This document shows, piece after piece, positions 17,742-20,000 of a DNA stretch of 20,000 nucleotides. Both the position numbers and the translations under genes were made by a program. Where the stretch lies: the sequence record DRR378314_1550; one strand, 5' to 3'. The notes under the pieces were generated by a model, which was given only the letters and a program-made list of their open reading frames with translations, did no database searches and had not been told where the DNA came from. Each line of letters opens with the position of its first letter. Position 1 is the stretch's first letter.

Positions 17742-18953
17742 TCAGACGCGATGCTGCTCCCGCTCGGGCAAAAAGCTAATTGCTGCCGTGGATAATAGCA
17801 ATAACAGTGTTGATATCATTAGGCAAGCAACCAGCCCCCATTGCTGATACACCCAGCCGGATAAAACGGTACCCATTAGACGCCCGGCTGCGTTGGCCAT
17901 GTAGTAAAAGCCTACGTCCAAAGACACCCCGTCGGCGCGTGAGTAAGAGACAATAAGGTAACTGTGCAGCGACGAATTAATGGCAAACAGAATGCCGAAC
18001 AGCCCTAAGCCAATAATAATGCTCTGGGTAACGGGTAAGCCCTGCCAAAGCGCCAGAGCAAGTGCTAGAGGGCTAAGAGTCAGTAGCGCATTCCATACAA
18101 CAGTCTGAGTTTTCGGTACATCATTGCCCGTTTTTGTGAATTTAGGCGCAACACTTTGTACAAAGCCATAGCCAATAACCCAAAGTGCGAGAAAACAGCC
18201 GACTTGCCAGTGGTTCCAGTTAAGCTGGCTGGCTAAGAACACCGGCAAGGCCACCACAAACCAGACGTCGCGGGCACCAAAGAGCAGAAAACGGGCACCC
18301 GATAAAATATTGATAGGCCGGCTTTTGGATAAAATGTCTTTAAACTTGGGTTTGAACTTAGCTTTGCCCGACTCTTTTTTCAGGAAAATAAGACTGCCTG
18401 TCCACACAACCGCCAGCACTATTGCCATAGCCAGTACCGCGCCCTGAAAACCCATTAAGGTAAGCAGGAGTCCGCCGAGGAAAAAGCCAACGCCTTTTAA
18501 GGTGTTTTTAGAACCGGTCAGTATGGCGACCCATTTATACAGCTGATCTTGTTTGTCGTCAGGCACCAGTAGCTTAATGGTGCTTTTGGCGCTCATTTTG
18601 TTGAGATCTTTGGCAATACCAGACAACGCCTGGGCGGCCATCACCCAAATGACGGTGAGCATAGAGCTCGGTACCAGCAGCATTGCAAGCGCCACAATCT
18701 GTATGCCGAGCCCAATGTTCATGGTGCGATTGAGCCCCCAACGAGCTCCCAGCCAGCCACCAAATAAGTTAGTGACTATGCCGAAAAACTCATAAAACAG
18801 GAACAGCATAGCCACTTCCAGCGCGCTATAACCTAGCTGATGGAAATGCAGCACCACCAGCATACGCAGTGCACCATCAGTCAGGGTAAAAGCCCAGTAG
18901 TTACCCGTAACAATTAAGTATTGGCGTATAGCAGGCGACAGCTGACTCAGCAT
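17742..18953 (-). CDS. arsJ: Organoarsenical efflux MFS transporter ArsJ
   Basis: 'VTGNYWAFTLTDGALRMLVVLHFH', 'AQALSGIAKDLNKMSAKS', 'LTGSKNTLKG', 'FLLFGARDVWFVV', 'DVGFYYMANAAGRL'; ATG at 18953 overlaps the GAPDH stop (TAATG), so start trimmed from 19001. Confidence 0.93.
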   Translation of the reverse strand: MLSQLSPAIRQYLIVTGNYWAFTLTDGALRMLVVLHFHQLGYSALEVAMLFLFYEFFGIVTNLFGGWLGARWGLNRTMNIGLGIQIVALAMLLVPSSMLTVIWVMAAQALSGIAKDLNKMSAKSTIKLLVPDDKQDQLYKWVAILTGSKNTLKGVGFFLGGLLLTLMGFQGAVLAMAIVLAVVWTGSLIFLKKESGKAKFKPKFKDILSKSRPINILSGARFLLFGARDVWFVVALPVFLASQLNWNHWQVGCFLALWVIGYGFVQSVAPKFTKTGNDVPKTQTVVWNALLTLSPLALALALWQGLPVTQSIIIGLGLFGILFAINSSLHSYLIVSYSRADGVSLDVGFYYMANAAGRLMGTVLSGWVYQQWGLVACLMISTLLLLLSTAAISFLPEREQHRV

Positions 18954-19948
18954 TAGCCTACCTTTTCTACCAGTTCCACCGCACGGTTTGCATAACCCCA
19001 TTCGTTGTCGTACCAGGCATATATTTTCACGTGCGTGCCGTTAATGACCTTAGTCGACAGAGCATCGACAATGCTTGAGCGAGGGTCAGTTTTGTAATCT
19101 ATCGACACTAACGGGCGCTCTTCGTAGCCTAAAATGCCTTTGAGTTCGCCTTCTGACGCTTCTTTCATCCAGCCGTTAATTTCTTCAACTGAGGTGGCTT
19201 TTTGCACTTCGAAAACACAGTCGGTTAACGATGCATTCGCTAAAGGAACCCGTACCGCATGGCCGTCAATTTTATCTTTGAGCTCCGGGAAAATTTCGAC
19301 AATGGCAGAGGCTGATCCGGTAGAGGTCGGAATTAAGCTCATGCCGCAGGCACGGGCACGGCGTAAGTCTTTGTGCGGCGCATCCAGAATGGTCTGCGTA
19401 TTGGTTAAATCGTGAATGGTGGTAATTGACGCGTGCTTAATACCAATTTTGTCCTGCAATACTTTGACCACAGGCGCCAGACAGTTGGTGGTGCAGGACG
19501 CGGCGGTGAGAATTTGATGTTTATCAGGGTCGTAAAGGTGATCATTAACGCCCAAAACAATGTTCAGCGCTCCGGACTCTTTCACTGGAGCCGAGACCAC
19601 CACGCGTTTAACGCCCTGTGACAGGTAGTCGTTGAGCACTTTCACGGTTTTCATTTTGCCGGAGGCTTCCAGAACCACATCACAACTACTCCAGTCGTTC
19701 TCGGCAATGGTTTTGTGTTGAGTGAAAGCTATGCGTTCATCACCAATTTGAATGGCATTGTCCTGACCTTCGGCTTCATATCCCCAGCGACCATGCACCG
19801 AGTCAAAATTCAGCAGGTGCGCGAAGGTTGCAGCATCAGCGCCCGGGTCATTCACCTGAACAATCTCCAAATCAGGGTTTTCCCACGCCACGCGAAGCGC
19901 TAAACGACCAATACGACCCAAACCGTTAATTCCAACCTTAATAGTCAT
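18953..19948 (-). CDS. ArsJ-associated glyceraldehyde-3-phosphate dehydrogenase
   Basis: '[15 protein letters not shown]', catalytic 'ASCTTNC', '[19 protein letters not shown]', 'WYDNEWGY'; translationally coupled to arsJ; start at ATG 19948 with AAGGAG 6 nt upstream. Confidence 0.93.
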   Translation of the reverse strand: MTIKVGINGLGRIGRLALRVAWENPDLEIVQVNDPGADAATFAHLLNFDSVHGRWGYEAEGQDNAIQIGDERIAFTQHKTIAENDWSSCDVVLEASGKMKTVKVLNDYLSQGVKRVVVSAPVKESGALNIVLGVNDHLYDPDKHQILTAASCTTNCLAPVVKVLQDKIGIKHASITTIHDLTNTQTILDAPHKDLRRARACGMSLIPTSTGSASAIVEIFPELKDKIDGHAVRVPLANASLTDCVFEVQKATSVEEINGWMKEASEGELKGILGYEERPLVSIDYKTDPRSSIVDALSTKVINGTHVKIYAWYDNEWGYANRAVELVEKVG

Positions 19949-19975
19949 AAAAGACTCCTTTTGTGTATCTCCGAC

Positions 19976-19997
19976 GTAGCCTGACATTTATGTCAGG
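19976..19997. repeat. GTAG-family REP element (partner copy may lie beyond the window edge)
   Basis: GTAGCCTGACATTTATGTCAGG; 19975-19999 is an exact 25-nt reverse complement of 17712-17736. Confidence 0.88.
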
Positions 19998-20000
19998 TGA

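Noticed and set aside
18954-19001. Cys-containing N-terminal extension of ArsJ (MGLCKPCGG...) as an arsenic-binding tag
   Set aside because: It overlaps the GAPDH coding end in another frame; the TAATG-coupled ATG at 18953 is the more plausible start.
1945-19903. Numerous short alternative-frame and antisense ORFs in the track (e.g. 4143-4505, 8243-8644, 9159-9512, 10526-10921, 14643-15062, 19134-19415)
   Set aside because: They lie on or opposite well-supported conserved genes, show no recognisable motifs and look like shadow ORFs.
18953-19987. Housekeeping gapA, or an N-terminally extended GAPDH starting at 19987
   Set aside because: Coupling to arsJ and the sequence type indicate the ArsJ-associated paralogue; the upstream ATG lies inside the REP, whereas ATG 19948 has a strong SD.

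Overview
Marine gammaproteobacterial chromosome segment (roughly 47-48% GC by eye; gene order and protein style suggest Idiomarina/Alteromonadales, which is inference). Bases 1-14385 are mostly conserved housekeeping genes: secF, yaaA, a DUF3014-type membrane-anchored protein, a PlsC-like acyltransferase, a signal-peptide-bearing GNAT-like protein, ribH-nusB-thiL-pgpA, the convergent xseB-ispA-dxs operon, the Na+-type flagellar stator pomAB behind a clear sigma-28 promoter, thiI, a VanZ-like gene and the DEAD-box helicase srmB. Bases 14420-20000 hold an accessory-looking minus-strand run: ArsJ-associated GAPDH, arsJ (arsenate detoxification pair), an NAD(P)H-dependent FMN reductase, then sulP and a universal stress protein. 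GTAG-type REP palindromes bracket the gapdh-arsJ pair. The most interesting signal is absent from the ORF track: an 8-codon leader ORF (MLTRITPP-stop) with a strong Shine-Dalgarno, 100 nt upstream of sulP. It is a candidate ribosome-stalling attenuator for sulP-usp(-srmB).
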